Assembly: GCA_964304625.1 (NCBI GenBank)
Contig: OZ199839.1
Location: 2,172,093 to 2,236,092 of the forward strand
Length of the DNA stretch: 64,000 bases
DNA from: Kudoa neothunni
Taxonomy: Eukaryota; Animalia; Cnidaria
Reading direction: 5' to 3'
This document shows, in pieces, positions 26,200 through 39,798 of the stretch. Each line of letters starts with the position of its first letter. Positions within the stretch are counted from its first letter, which is position 1. The notes below the pieces were generated by a model, which was not told where the DNA came from, did no database searches, and saw only the letters and a program-made list of their open reading frames with translations. The position numbers and the translations under genes were made by a program.

Positions 26200-27676
26200 T
26201 TAATTCCAAGCTAAATTACTCATACGCGTGCATATGCACCGCAAAAGTCAATTTAAGTTTCAATTGTTGTCGTGCATGTAATCTGCATGTAATCAATTTT
26301 ATAATCTAAGATAATATTGCAAAAGCGTAATGTAGGTCGAAATCATGGTTATATTTATATTAAAAAATATTTTTTAATGGGTCAATTTATTAAATATACC
26401 AAGTATAAATCAAAATCAATACGGTAGAGACTGTCGATTCAAAATATTAAATTCAACGAATCACAGCTATCAAATGATTTATTCTTAATTTTTTTAATGC
26501 TAAAGTTAAAAAATTATTACAGAAATATGCTTTAATTATGAATCCAACATAATCCTTTCTGGTAATAGTTTACACTATATTAAGAAATTTAAATCAATAA
26601 TTATAGTCCAATGTATTATTTTATTCTTAAAAAAATAAATTCTAACTGAAACAACAACGGAAAAATGATTAACACAAATGTTATATTATTAGTTCTTTAC
26701 CTTTCATAAACAGCCATGCTCTGGAGAATATTCATCATATTTTCCTCAGGTCAGTTGGCTCAATTGAACTACTCAAAATAATTATTCTTATCCATAAGTG
26801 AATGTTTAAAATCATTGAATAACGTAAATTCTTCATAAGAATCATCGCTAGATTCCTTTGTCTATTAAAGTCTGATTTATAACGTGAGTAATATCCGTGA
26901 TATCTTCACGATTATCAAAATAAAATCTATAACACCTCAAATGGTGTAGCTAATTACAACTATACCAACTCAAATTTTTTCATTTTGTAAAATTTAGCCA
27001 TTAAGACTTTTCTAAGCTGACCCTATTTTGGAAATATTTGTATCAAACCATTTTAAAACTTAAAATATTAAATAAAAATAAGAAATGTATTTTGGCGACA
27101 GCTTATCCATATTTTCTTATTTTAAAATTTTATTGAAAAATTTTATAAAAATCGTAATCTTCATTATAAATACAATAATATATAACAGAGGAATACCCAA
27201 AGTTTGAGATTTGTAAGTACAAGGACTTTTGAAAAATTCACATTATAATTTCATTTATGATCAAATAAATACATAATCTATTCGACGAATTAATATAAGT
27301 AATCTCGTAAGGTAAACAAGAGATAAAAAAGATAAACAAATGATTTACAGCCACCGTAGACTGATCTATTATGCACACTCCTTATTTAAGTCATACCAAA
27401 ATTTTATTGCACTTTGTGAGCAGAATGCATTAGCTTAAGTCGATATATTTTGTAATATTAAAATTAAATACAGACCAATGTATTTTAAACTTCAACTTGT
27501 AACATTTTAAATACATTAAAACTAAAAAATGTAAATTTCAATTTGTAATAATTATTTTTTTATAATTTTAAAAACTATAAATCGAAGTTTAATAATGTGA
27601 ACATGTAATAACATTAATATTTATATTGAATTGAGATATGAAGGTCGTAAATAGGCTAGATTTTCTATCTATTTAT

Positions 27677-27688
27677 CGCGCAAGCGCA
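27677..27688. promoter_or_regulatory. NRF1-like motif upstream of ANAPC1
   Basis: CGCGCAAGCGCA about 180 bp before the ATG. Confidence 0.55.
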
Positions 27689-27866
27689 TTTAGCGTAGTA
27701 AAGTAATCAAAAAATCCATTCTAAATTTTTAAACTGGATTAATAGTTAATTATAATTTTCATAAAAATAATGTTTTTACTTTTAATAAAAATTCAGAAAT
27801 AATGATTAATGACTACTAACCAAAAATTGCTATTTAGATTGAAACGCGCAAACTCTACAACCCAAA

Positions 27867-30800
27867 ATGGACCGAAACAAGGTATCATCAAACCTTGTTG
27901 CCTTCCCCGGTTTGGAATCTTTGCTGAAAAAACATTTGATGTATTATGATAAATCTCAAATTAAAATACAAAGTGAGATGAGTGTTAACAAACACCCCTT
28001 ATTCCAACAGAACTATTACAATGTTTATCTGTGTTATGGAAAACGTGTTATTATCGCAAGATACCTCAACAACAGTGCTTTGGTTGTTGATTCGGTGATG
28101 TATAGATTTGGTTTTGAGGTGGAAAAAGTGCATGAGGGTTTGATTGAATCTGAATCCTCAAGCACTATTACCTCACAAGAGTTGGTCCCCTGTTATTATG
28201 TAGTAGGGAAAAAAAGTGTTTGTGCGATAAATGACACCAACCGTTGGCTTACATGCAATTTTAAAACAAATATCATTGACAGTTTGGTTATTCCCGCAGT
28301 TTGTGAAACCACACTGAATGGCTATCGTTCTACAAAAGATGCAATTTGTTGGGGTTTAATTCTTGGGTTTGGTCATAACAAAAACTCTCAAAACAACACC
28401 TATGAATATTACATCTACCGGAATCCTTACGAAAAACTTATTAGTATATGTTTGCCTGTTTCATACACCGACCAAAATACACACACTGGCACTACCACTA
28501 GAGTTTATGAAGGTGCTTATGCCGATAAAGTGTGCTCCGCTGTGCGAAAGTCTGGTTTCAGACTTTTTTCCGTTTTCCATCGTGCTGTTAACGATCAAGG
28601 AGAAATCGATTATTCATCTATTATGTTGATGGGCTACAATAATAGTCGACAGTCTCTCTCATTTTGGATGATTTCCGAGGAACACATCATTAGATGTAGA
28701 TCGCCGACTGTTCAAGACTATAACGTTGATACTAATGTTTATCCAACCAACAATATCACCTTTATGACCCGTGATGTGAATGCTGAGAAATCAAAAATGT
28801 CGATTTTTGATATTGATAATGGTACAAAAAAGGTTTTAAATCAACGTTCCTCAAGTCGTTTCAGTTTGAATTTTCACTTCCGAAATTCTTCCAACAACAA
28901 CACGATTCCCTCTGAAAGTGGTCTCAACCTAGATACAAAAGTTGATTTAACTGCCTCATTGAATGGGCACTCGTTCAACGATTCCTTTTTCAACAGCACA
29001 ACCAATTTCTGTCCTACATCTAGTTTTGCCTCCACTACAATTCCAAATCTTGCGCTAAGAACCAATGCCAAACCTGATGCATCATTTTTTGAGAACGAGG
29101 ATTTAGTTGGTGTTGGTGTGGCCGGAGTTGTTACTGCTACAAAGATGGAATCTCGAATAGATTCACCTCTAACATTCAAAAACATTGCTGAATTGCGCGT
29201 CAAAGTGTTGTTTGATCAAAAAAATCGGTTGAATTGTGTTTGTTTTTTCTCCCCATCAGCTAGATCGGTTAACTGTATCAAGCTGTGCAATCAAACACCG
29301 GACAATTATGTCGAAAAATCTAAGTTTGTGATATATGATGTTATAGATTGTTGTACTGTTGATCGACATTCTCGTGGAATTGGTCAAGATTACTTGGCCG
29401 TATTGTTAGTTGTTAATGTTACCAATCCTCCAGGTCGATTATGTTCTATTGTGGTGTATTCAGAGATGAATACGTTGTATGAGATTGTTACACCATATAC
29501 TGAACCATGTGCTCCATTGAAACTGTGGATTATATCCAAATTTGATCATCTTATGGTGCATAGTTTGATTGAAGATTCATATTTGGTGCAGTTGCCAACT
29601 TACGAACGACTGAACAACCTTGTATGTGTGTTTATGAGGTGTATCAAAGCCAATCAATCGGATCCAAGTTTGTACGATCGATTACAAAATTTTATGTATA
29701 AAAGAAATATTAGAAGAGCTAACCCAAAATTTTCAGCTTTTCAGAGATTTATCTATCGATTTTGGTGTTTTATCGAGGGTATGTTGAGTATGGAAACACA
29801 GAACGATATCATCAATTCTTTTTCCAGCAGCAGCAGTAGGAGTAGTAGTAGCAGTAATAGCTATGGAATGGATCCCACAATCGACTTAAACATCATTATG
29901 CAATACGCCAAAGCATTAACACTCAATAGTCGAATTCTCTCACTCGATAGAAACATCTTTACATCAGCCATCAACGCGGATTTATTTCACATCGCTCACG
30001 CTCTCAATGCTACCCTTAGTATAGTGAACATGGATAGGACGATTGAAAGGAATAATATTCTTATGTTGGAATTGATTTTGAGGATTATTGTTCACGACCT
30101 TGAACTGCAAACTGTGACCAGTACATATTTTACTGCAGTACAGCCTGACTTTGTTGATAATAACCACCACCAAGAAACTAATATATTAACAGCTGGAATC
30201 ATCACACATTTGAACGAGTTGTTACAGAAAGTATGGGATAAAGATGTGAGTTATGAGTTTGTGTCTGATTCGGTGGATTGTTTTTTCGAACAAGTGAAAC
30301 AACTGCAACCCATACCCGATACACCTCTTCACTCGATGATACGATCTGTTGATGGTGGTGATGTGGTTGAAAATTCGTTGCCATTTCCGGTGAAATTGCT
30401 TCTTTGTTGCGTGCGTGCAGTTGCCAAAGATCGTCAAAATCATACTTTATACTGGAAGAAAAGCGACAGTTGTTATGAGCTTGATCGATCCAATACAAGT
30501 AACTTTAAATTACTCCAGCCAAAAAACATCTTTGAAGGTGATATCGAGTTGAATAATGTTTGTGTGGTTCATTACGAACAACGTCCACCAAAAATGATAA
30601 GTATTTTCAAAAACTTCTGTTGGTCCAGCCCGATAGTGTTCCCAATTGAGGAAGACGTTTTCAAAAAGGTAGAAGCTGAAATTGAGCATAGGATCGATAA
30701 TCCTCCATCAGGATTTTCCAATCATACAGGCGGTCGAAATAATTATCGTGTTGCTTTGGCTAATGCGAAACACTCTCACGCACTCCATTTCCATTTAGCC

Positions 30801-33800
30801 AAACCATACGGTCTTACATTTTTAGATTTTAACTGTCACTACAACTATAAAGTTGATCCAAATTCAGCAGAACCACCCATTAAAACCACTTCGCAACGTG
30901 TTGCACTTCCTGAGCACAACATTTGTCTCAAGAGTTATTACCTAATTCGTGATGGTCTTTGTTCTCATCAAGTCGATCTAAGTGTCAACTATAAAGATCA
31001 GAGTTGTTTTGAGTGGCCTCGATTTCATAATGGTGTAGCTAGAGGTTTTAATTTTATGAGTTCGCGCTCACCTCTTCTCCGTTATGACTATCTACAGTCA
31101 CAGAGAGCTAAACAAAATTTGCCTCTCGGTTCCAAATTTAAAGGTGAAAGTCTCAGTATCAACTACATTCTCAATCATATCGCTTGTGGTATGCCACCAA
31201 GTGAAGGCTCGGGTTTTTTGTTTGCTGCCGGTGCTCTTGGTATATTGTACGAGCTGCCCTTGTTGTTTCCTGTATTCACTTTACAATATCTACAAAAACA
31301 AAGCAATATGGCAGTGGCAGCTCTCCTGACCGGCCTTGGTGCTGCACATATTGGCGTCCTAACCACAGAAAACCACCCCAAACTTAGTCAACGTCTACTA
31401 CGTATTCTATCCATATATATCGATTTTTCGCCATTCACATTCAGAGATAAATATGCCACGTTGATGTATGTGGTTGGTGGCGGTGATTGTGCAAACGCAT
31501 CGGAGAGAAATTTTATTGATGATCGGTTCAACCAGTCTGATCTCTCTCAACACGATACAACGTTTATGACCCAATTGTTGAATGAAACTTTTGGGATAGC
31601 CGATGATGGTCGTGCGGCAGATCATGTGAACAGCCTAACTACTTTTCATCCTCTCAATCGAGCATCTGCTATCATTGCTGCCGGCCTAATTGCTATAGCT
31701 TCGAATAGCAAAGTGGTCTGTTATGATATTCAGAGAGTGTTCTCCTATCTGCTACATCATTGTTCACAAGTGCGCTCCTTATATCACCCCAAATGTACCT
31801 TTGCTGGTAACAGGAAAAACACTGTACGATGAAATCAAGGGTGTCTATCATACGTTACTGCTTAATTGTTGTGGTGTTGGGTTGGGATTGGTTCTGTTGG
31901 GTAAAGGTTCGGAAGATTGCCCCAACGATATTTGCGATTCTTTCACCAAATGTATCACTCAAGTCGATGCTCACAACTACAAATCCGTCCACGCTCTTGT
32001 GATCTGTCTCACGTTGGTGAATTTGTCAAATCAGAATTTGGTGGTTGCCGATTATTTGAAAGTTTGCGAGCTTTATGAGTCGAATATTGCTCGTCTCAAA
32101 CCTCAAACTATATTTTTATGCTATTGGTGTCATTATATGATTGCGTCCCAACTGGTGTACTTGACTGAGGAATGGATAATCAGCAATCTCAATGGACCTT
32201 TGAACACTATCTATATGCATTTTTGTGATTCACTCAACAATGAATCCCAATTTAGACTCAATTTCTCCGATATACCCCCTCTGCAGGCTGTGTGGAGTGT
32301 GATTGGTGGGTGTTGTTATGCGGTTGCTTTCAAATATTGTGCTACTGCCAACTGCAATGCCTATTCACTTGTGTTCAACTTCTATGGGAAATTAATCAGA
32401 CATCTCTCTTTGATCAAAAATTGTAATTATCAACTGTTTCTTGGTTGAATTGTATAAAAATGATTTTAGACAGTTACAAAATGAGACCAACACTGAGATA
32501 TTTGAATGTGATTCAAGCAAGAATGCTTTTCTCAATCGCCTTGATTTATGCGGGAACTTGTGATAAATTTATTAAGAGCTTGATTTTGCATGCACTGAAA
32601 AGTCACGAAACTATCATTGAATTCAACAAATTGTTAAATGTACACACTCCCGATTATGTAATGTCTGCGGCCTCTGGGAATATTGGCCATGAAGAATTCA
32701 CTTTGTTGTATGGTGCACTTGGAATTCTTTGCCTTGGAAACGGCACCCAAACTTTTACCATAGATAGATTAGAAAGCTTGGCAATGTTGTTTGTCTCGTT
32801 CACACCAGATTATGCGGCACATCCTTCAATTGAATCAGAGTGTTTTCATCCCACTCGTCATTTGTGGGCGCTTTCAACAACTCGATCAAGATTTTTGATG
32901 TTAAGATCCCGACAAAAAACAACCACTCACCCCTCCAAAACCCCAAGCCATTCTGCAACACAAAACCTCGTGGATACGTGTGTAGTGGAGGTTTATTTGA
33001 AAATACCATCCGACAAAATTGATAATGTGCCCGAGAGTGACCAAAAAGGAGTTGTCTATTATAACCGACAGCGAAAACATTACTTATTGCCTGAATTGTC
33101 AACAATTGCTCAAATTATTATCCGTGGCCCCTTCATTAGAAGCTACAGCATGGATCATCGTACATTATCCAGCTATATTGAATACATCAGAAACCATCAA
33201 ATCAATCGTCCTCTTATTGTTCAACTCGAAGATATGAAACTCACTAGCAATTATTTTGTTGCTGTGCAAACTCCCCATTTGGCTGCCTCTAATATCAAAG
33301 ATATTACAGGATACACCTTGTGTAATGTCTCTGCTCGTTACCCCTACGACTTCTCCAAACTCAAGTACAGAAACATATACGAAGAGTATTACCATGTGGA
33401 CAATACCGACCTATGCCCACTATCACAAAAACTTATGCATTTGATATTAAAGCAAAAATTCTCAAAACTACAATCTTCCTCCAACCATCCTGAAGTTGAA
33501 CGCTTCCAAACAATCAACGAATTGGCGAATCAATCATTCCTTAAAAACGATCATTGGTTGTTGAATCTTATCTATGAATATTTGGACTTTAGAAAGTCTT
33601 TTTCTATCTCTAATACCAAAACAGACATGCTACCAATTTACTGTGGTAGCTATTTCAGACATAATATGGACATGTTGTTGTTTGATTATGTTGAATCGAA
33701 TAACTGCTGCAATGCTCATTTATTTTATGACATCTTCTGTTCGGCCGAACGTATGGATAATCCGATGCTACGTTTCTTCGTAGCATACGTAGTAAATGAT

Positions 33801-33848
33801 ATCAAAACCTTGTGTTCTGGTCAATCCGATTCGTTGGATTTTTTCTAA
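27867..33848 (+). CDS. ANAPC1: Anaphase-promoting complex subunit 1 (about 1950 aa); introns 31770-31839 (tentative) and 32423-32469
   Basis: WPRFHNGVARG, GFLFAAGALG, LLTGLGAAHIG, GLGLVLLGKG, GGCCYAVAFKYCAT, ALIYAGT, ALGILCLGNG, RHLWALS and LLPEL occur in APC1 order (PC repeats). Confidence 0.9.
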
Positions 33849-35013
33849 CTTGTTTACCAAACATTGTGTTATATGTATTTTAATTCTGTTTCCATTTCAT
33901 TTTGTTGTTTCATGACTCAAATACAATTCTTTATGTAATCCGTTTGATCGCTCAGTGTTTAAATAATTTTAGAAATAACTAAAGATGATGTATTAAGTGG
34001 TTTTTCTATTTATTTGATATGAGCTAATTAAGTCATGTTTTTCAAAAATACAGTTTTATTTTTTCCGGAATTATTTGATAATTTATATTTAATAAATTTA
34101 AGGAATACAAAATTTTTTTATTAGTATCACTGAGTTTTTTGTTAGATTGGAAAACGCAGGGTTGAAATAATTTAAATTTTAGATATTAGTAAAAAAATCC
34201 TTTTTATGATTTATTAAACATTTGTAATTGACTAAATCTTAATTTTTAAAATAAAATCTCTGTTCATGATTGCCAGGGCAATTTTTGGGCTAATTCAAAT
34301 ATTTGATTATATACGGTAGTGAGTTATAGGTTGCGTGTGCTACAAACTATAATTAATAGTTAAATTCATTATGGTTTTATATTTAGCTTTTTTATTCAAA
34401 TTTTAATTCATCAATTTAATAATTTATTCTGTATATAGTTAGAAATTTCCAAACAACGTTAAGGATATTAAGTTTAAGAGAGCAATTTCACTTTATAAAA
34501 TTATTAAACAGTTTAGTGCAAATATTTCTTAATAAAATTCTTGATATAACGGTACGTACAGCGGTAATAAGTTACGCTATATATATCTTTTAAATTTTAT
34601 AAAATATTTTAAAAGTGAATAGTTATTTATTGATTGTCAAGAATATTTTTTAAATTTTAAACAATTAAAGGAACGAATTTCTTTCAAGATTTTTTGGTCT
34701 ACTTCACTTCATATAAAGATAGTTACATTATTTTTGAACTATAGGGAAAAGGGTTCTTTATGCCAAGGGAATAAATGGACTTAGTATTTAATTTATATGA
34801 TATGCTTTATTTAAATACCAATCTAGATTGTGACACTCATTAGATATACTGAAAAATTCATTAAAAAATGTTTTTAATATTTTAATCAAAATGTACTTTT
34901 CTAAATAAAAATCCGCGAGAATCGTACAGAATGGTTGCAAGATTTATACTATCTTTTATTGAGAATTATGAAATTATCTGGACTAATCTTTGTGTTCTAT
35001 AAGCCATCTAATG

Positions 35014-36339
35014 CAAGGGTTCTCAACCGGGGGTAAATTTACCCCTTGGGGATAAAATTTAAATGAGAGAAAGTAAATTAAATGACAAAAATTAGATAGG
35101 GAGAATTTTTGCATGATGGGTTTGTGACGTCCTTGCGGAATTCTAAGGAATACCTTATTCAGGCAATTAAACACAATAAGAATTGGGAAAAATTTCTTAA
35201 AATGTTATTAGGAAAAAGTTTTTAACATCTATTTATAAAAAATTTTCTCAATCTCCTTTTTTATGCCTCGTTTATCTTATAGCGGTATAGCCTAATAATA
35301 ATAATGCTTAAAATGACCATTTTCATGGTAAATAATAATAAAGTGTCGTTAGTTTTGACTATTTTTAATTATTTTTAGTTCGAAAGAACGTAGGATTGCG
35401 AAAGAATTCATTTGATTTAGCAGAATCTAAAAAATAAAATCTGTATACTATTTGGGTGAGTTGATGGGATTAAAAATTGTCATGATGCAAACATACGTGC
35501 TTTTTGGGACCAGAATTTACACCTTAAATAGCCTCTTGTATAGCGAACTAGCATAAAAACCCAAATCAGCGTTTCTTAACTTTTTTTCTATCGAGCCTCA
35601 CTTCTTAAAAAAAGTTCCGCACCCCATCTCTTTCAATAGTATTGATTTTTTTACTTAAACTATTGATAATTTTGAATAAAGCTCCCCATCACATTAAAAT
35701 TTGAAAGAAATTAATATATACATATTTTTTCATTAAAATGTATTCGATCAAATCTAATTTAATTTATCGATGGACCTAATAAATTAACATCTTCACTTGT
35801 TTATTCCATCCAAAACTACAAATAAAACTCAAAATGATCTTACCTTCGTTAGGAAAGACTTTCGTGTATACAGGGTTTTTGAGTCAAAATTAAATAGTAT
35901 AAATACAAAAGCAATCAATATTATATTAGATTTAATCAAAAAAATGGATATATGATTCTTAATGAGACAAGATTGGGATTTAAACCATTCTGATTCTATT
36001 CGGATAAATACGCATTAAATATTATTATTAACTTGTATATAATTAATCATTACTTTTTGTATTTTTTATGATATTAACCGCCACTTAAAAATCAGCGATA
36101 TCGAAAATCGCGATACTGGCTTCAAAGTACGTCATACTACCCAATTATCTCATCATTATCTATGTCATACCAATAATAAGGATTTTCCGCGTTTCACCAG
36201 AATGGTTCATTAAACGTTCGAAAATTTCTATGCCCACCGGTAGGGGGTAGAACCCACGTTGGGAAACATGCTTTAAGGTAAATATGAATTTAGCCTTCAA
36301 GTTAGGGGGTAAATTTGAAAAAACAGTTGAGAACCCCTG
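35014..36339. mobile_element. Non-autonomous hAT element
   Basis: TIRs CAAGGGTTCTCAAC / GTTGAGAACCCCTG with a perfect 8-bp TSD ATCTAATG; possible nested Charlie-type MITE at about 35567-36270. Confidence 0.88.
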
Positions 36340-39300
36340 ATCTAATGGGTTGAGATTGTCATATTTGAGCAGAAATGTTGATATTTTTTAAGGGGTTAAC
36401 TTTATGACTTTTAAGAATAACTATATTTTTGCATTGTATAAATATTAAGTATTTATTCCTCAAATAAACAGTTCAAACATGATTTTTTTAAGTAGCTGAT
36501 TAAAGGTGAAATGTTTCATCAATCACTTCTAATTGATTTTAACTTATAATTTTTAATTAAGGAAAAAAAGACTCCTTATTTTAAAAATTCCAAATTAATC
36601 GCTTAAATTAAAAATAGGCTTTATTAAAATATTTGATATTTAATTGATTAATATGTTTTGTTACTAACTGTAAAAGAGATAAATTTGATTTTATAAATAA
36701 ATAATTACTAACAGACAATAGTAATATTTTATCGTTTAAGTTATCCTAATAATTTATAGTGTTTTACATAAATATATTTAATTTTAACTATTTTATGTTG
36801 TTTCTATGAAGATAATCAGATTAAGCGGTAATATAAAATTTTTTTATCAACAGCTATATCATAATTTTAGTCTAAAAATAATTCTTAATACAACGTATAT
36901 TAAACCATGGCAAAAATTCCTAATTTGAAACCAAAATATATAAAGGTCATAAATATTAAAGGGGGACTAAATACTACTTAGGTGATCGAATTATATTGTT
37001 TAATTCCAAAAACTTTCGAATGCTTTTGATGATTAATATTCAAATTAATAGAAAAAAAATTCATTAGTAAATGGGTGAGTGTTCCATATACCCGGTATAT
37101 CTCCTAATTAATAACAAACAATCAAACCTCTTTCTTGTTTAATATCCTCAAATAACCAGTTTCTGATTTTCAAAGTAAAAATCAAATAAGTATATCAGAA
37201 GTATGTGTTAGAAAACACGTTAATCTCCAAAAATACTGCTATGTCGGGACAGTGAATTGTAATGAACTAGAAGCAAGGCACTAAATTTTCTTATTCTGGG
37301 ATCAAAATGATTTATTTTATAGTTAATTTCTGGCCTTAACTAGAAAATGGGGATATAAAATAAAAATCCTTTCCAAAATAATGTGGAAAATTAGGTTTAT
37401 TACTAAATTTAACTTTCAATTATTGGTTTTTATCTTTAACGTAAAATTGATATTAATTGTACGTAATACCAATGTATCAGTTTTTTTCGATTTTGAAAAT
37501 TCTCAAATACTCCTTATATCATCAATATCAATTTATGCCTAAGAAAAAGCATAAAGTAATTAATAGATAGAATATTTCGTGGATATCTACAAAGTTTGTC
37601 TTGAATCCATTTATTTATTCATAATTCTTAAGAATAATACACGTTTCATATTTTAATTGGGAATTCGTTAATTTATCCGATTCATAATATTTGTTCATTT
37701 TTAATTACCTTTTATTTTTAACTTGTGTTATTATTTCGTTCCATACAAAATAAATATGTTATTTATTATTATTATCATTCAAATTAATTTTTTTTATATT
37801 TAATTGTAAAAGTTTAAATAAATTAAGCATGAATTTTATTGTAATATTCATGATTTAATTATTCTGAAGAAATAAATTTAAACATAAATTTTTCATGTAA
37901 AATATGTATTTAAATGCAAATATTTATTTAAATTACAAAATTTGTAATATAATATTCAAACCAATGGTTTAACCTTCCGCTTGAACTCATATCAAGCACA
38001 TTCCGAGTAAAAGTGTGTTCATTAGGACCATGGAACCCAGAGTTTTATTTTTTTTGTTTATACAAGTTTTGCTATTCGTCCTAAAAATATTGGAGAACAA
38101 AATCAAAAGAATTCATCGTTAATTCTGCGTTATATTATTTTTTAAATTAGACGTGTGATTGTACAAAATATCCATTTAAAGCGTAAATCGCTTACCTCGT
38201 AGGACTGAGTTTTATTATCTAAGATAAATCATAAAAATGCAACGAGTAACAATAAAAGTTATTTTTATAATAATAAATGTTTAAATTTGTTGATCCATTT
38301 AATATATCAAACTAAATATCCACCAAAATTGATTCAAAAGAAAAGCTCAATGATTCATAATTCCCCCATCATATCAATTACTGGCCACTTTATTATAGTA
38401 TAGATAAAAACGATTACAGAAACAATTTTATTACAAACTCAAAGTAATATTTTGTAGTAATAATACATACTATAAATATAAATTTACCCTAAAACTTATA
38501 ATACAATATATTATATCAAATTTAAAAATAATCAAACTAGATATATAACAAAAATGAAAAAAACTTATGCTATCAATTCATTGTGTTATATAAACAGTCA
38601 TGCCCCGAAGAACATTAATCATATTTTCCACATGTATCTTGGTTTTGTTGATCAACCTAAATTTCTCAAATTTTGTCTTTATCGATGACTGAATCAACAT
38701 AACCAATAAAAAACGTCTTTTTCAAAGGCATATTCGTCAGAATCATTTACGTATAAAAGACTTGATACATGTTGTGTTTAATTCTAGTGTTATCATTATT
38801 TCACTCCATAAAAATCCGTAATTGTTTAAACAATGAAGATTTCAACATACGCATAAGTGTGGGAGAGAAAAGTTTTTTGAATTTTATTTTAAGTGTAACT
38901 ATTAAATTACATCTATATTTTGAAAACTAACGTATTATATTAAATGTATTTAAAATATTAAACTAAAACCTAGAATTAGAATGGATCCCATTTTACTTTA
39001 GAGTCAGAGGTGTTCTAATTATAACTTAATTTAATAACACCGTAAGTAAATCTCTCAACACAATTCTGAATAGATTAATATATAATAATGGATTATCAAA
39101 AATAGAAAATCTGTTGACTGACGGCTTTTTGTGAATAGTGCACCAAAAATCGTTTGAGGTCCAAACGGACCCCATTATACTCAATAGATTAATTTAAAAT
39201 TATTTTATCGGTTTCTTAGGTGAATAATAGAAAACCTATGACTAACCAACGTTTAGATGCTACACAAATATTAATTTTTATTTTGTAAGAATGTTAAAAA

Positions 39301-39798
39301 TAAATTGAAATCTGACTTCGAAGTTTTTATAAAGTTATAAAAAACGAATAATAGCGTGAAAATTGCTACAAACCAATAGTATTGAATATTTAACTATCAT
39401 TAGACTCGATTCAAATATGAGCGTTGATAGGCTTCTGTAAACTAAAAAGTTAAATTAATTTTGAATGTTTATTAAACATAAAATCACAATTAATTGAATA
39501 AAATTCAAATAAGGGTATATTATTTATTTAACTGGTAGCATTTAATTCGAACCTGAATAAGATAAGAGGCAAGGTTAGGTCGTGGTTGAAGAATTTATTA
39601 TATACATCCCTATTTAATTTTATATCATTAAGGGTTTCCATACTGAATAAGAATAGAAATCCATATCATACCGTTAATGCATTTTAAACCACAAATGTGA
39701 GCAGAACAAAGCAAGAAACTTTAATTCTCTTACATGATATACCAACATTCAAAGAAAAATACAATAATCTTATCTAAGTTTAAATGTATATAAAAATA

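Noticed and set aside
28363-33783. Short overlapping or antisense ORFs inside ANAPC1, and similar ones in Gypsy pol and USP39
   Set aside because: Shadow ORFs of long coding sequence with no motifs.
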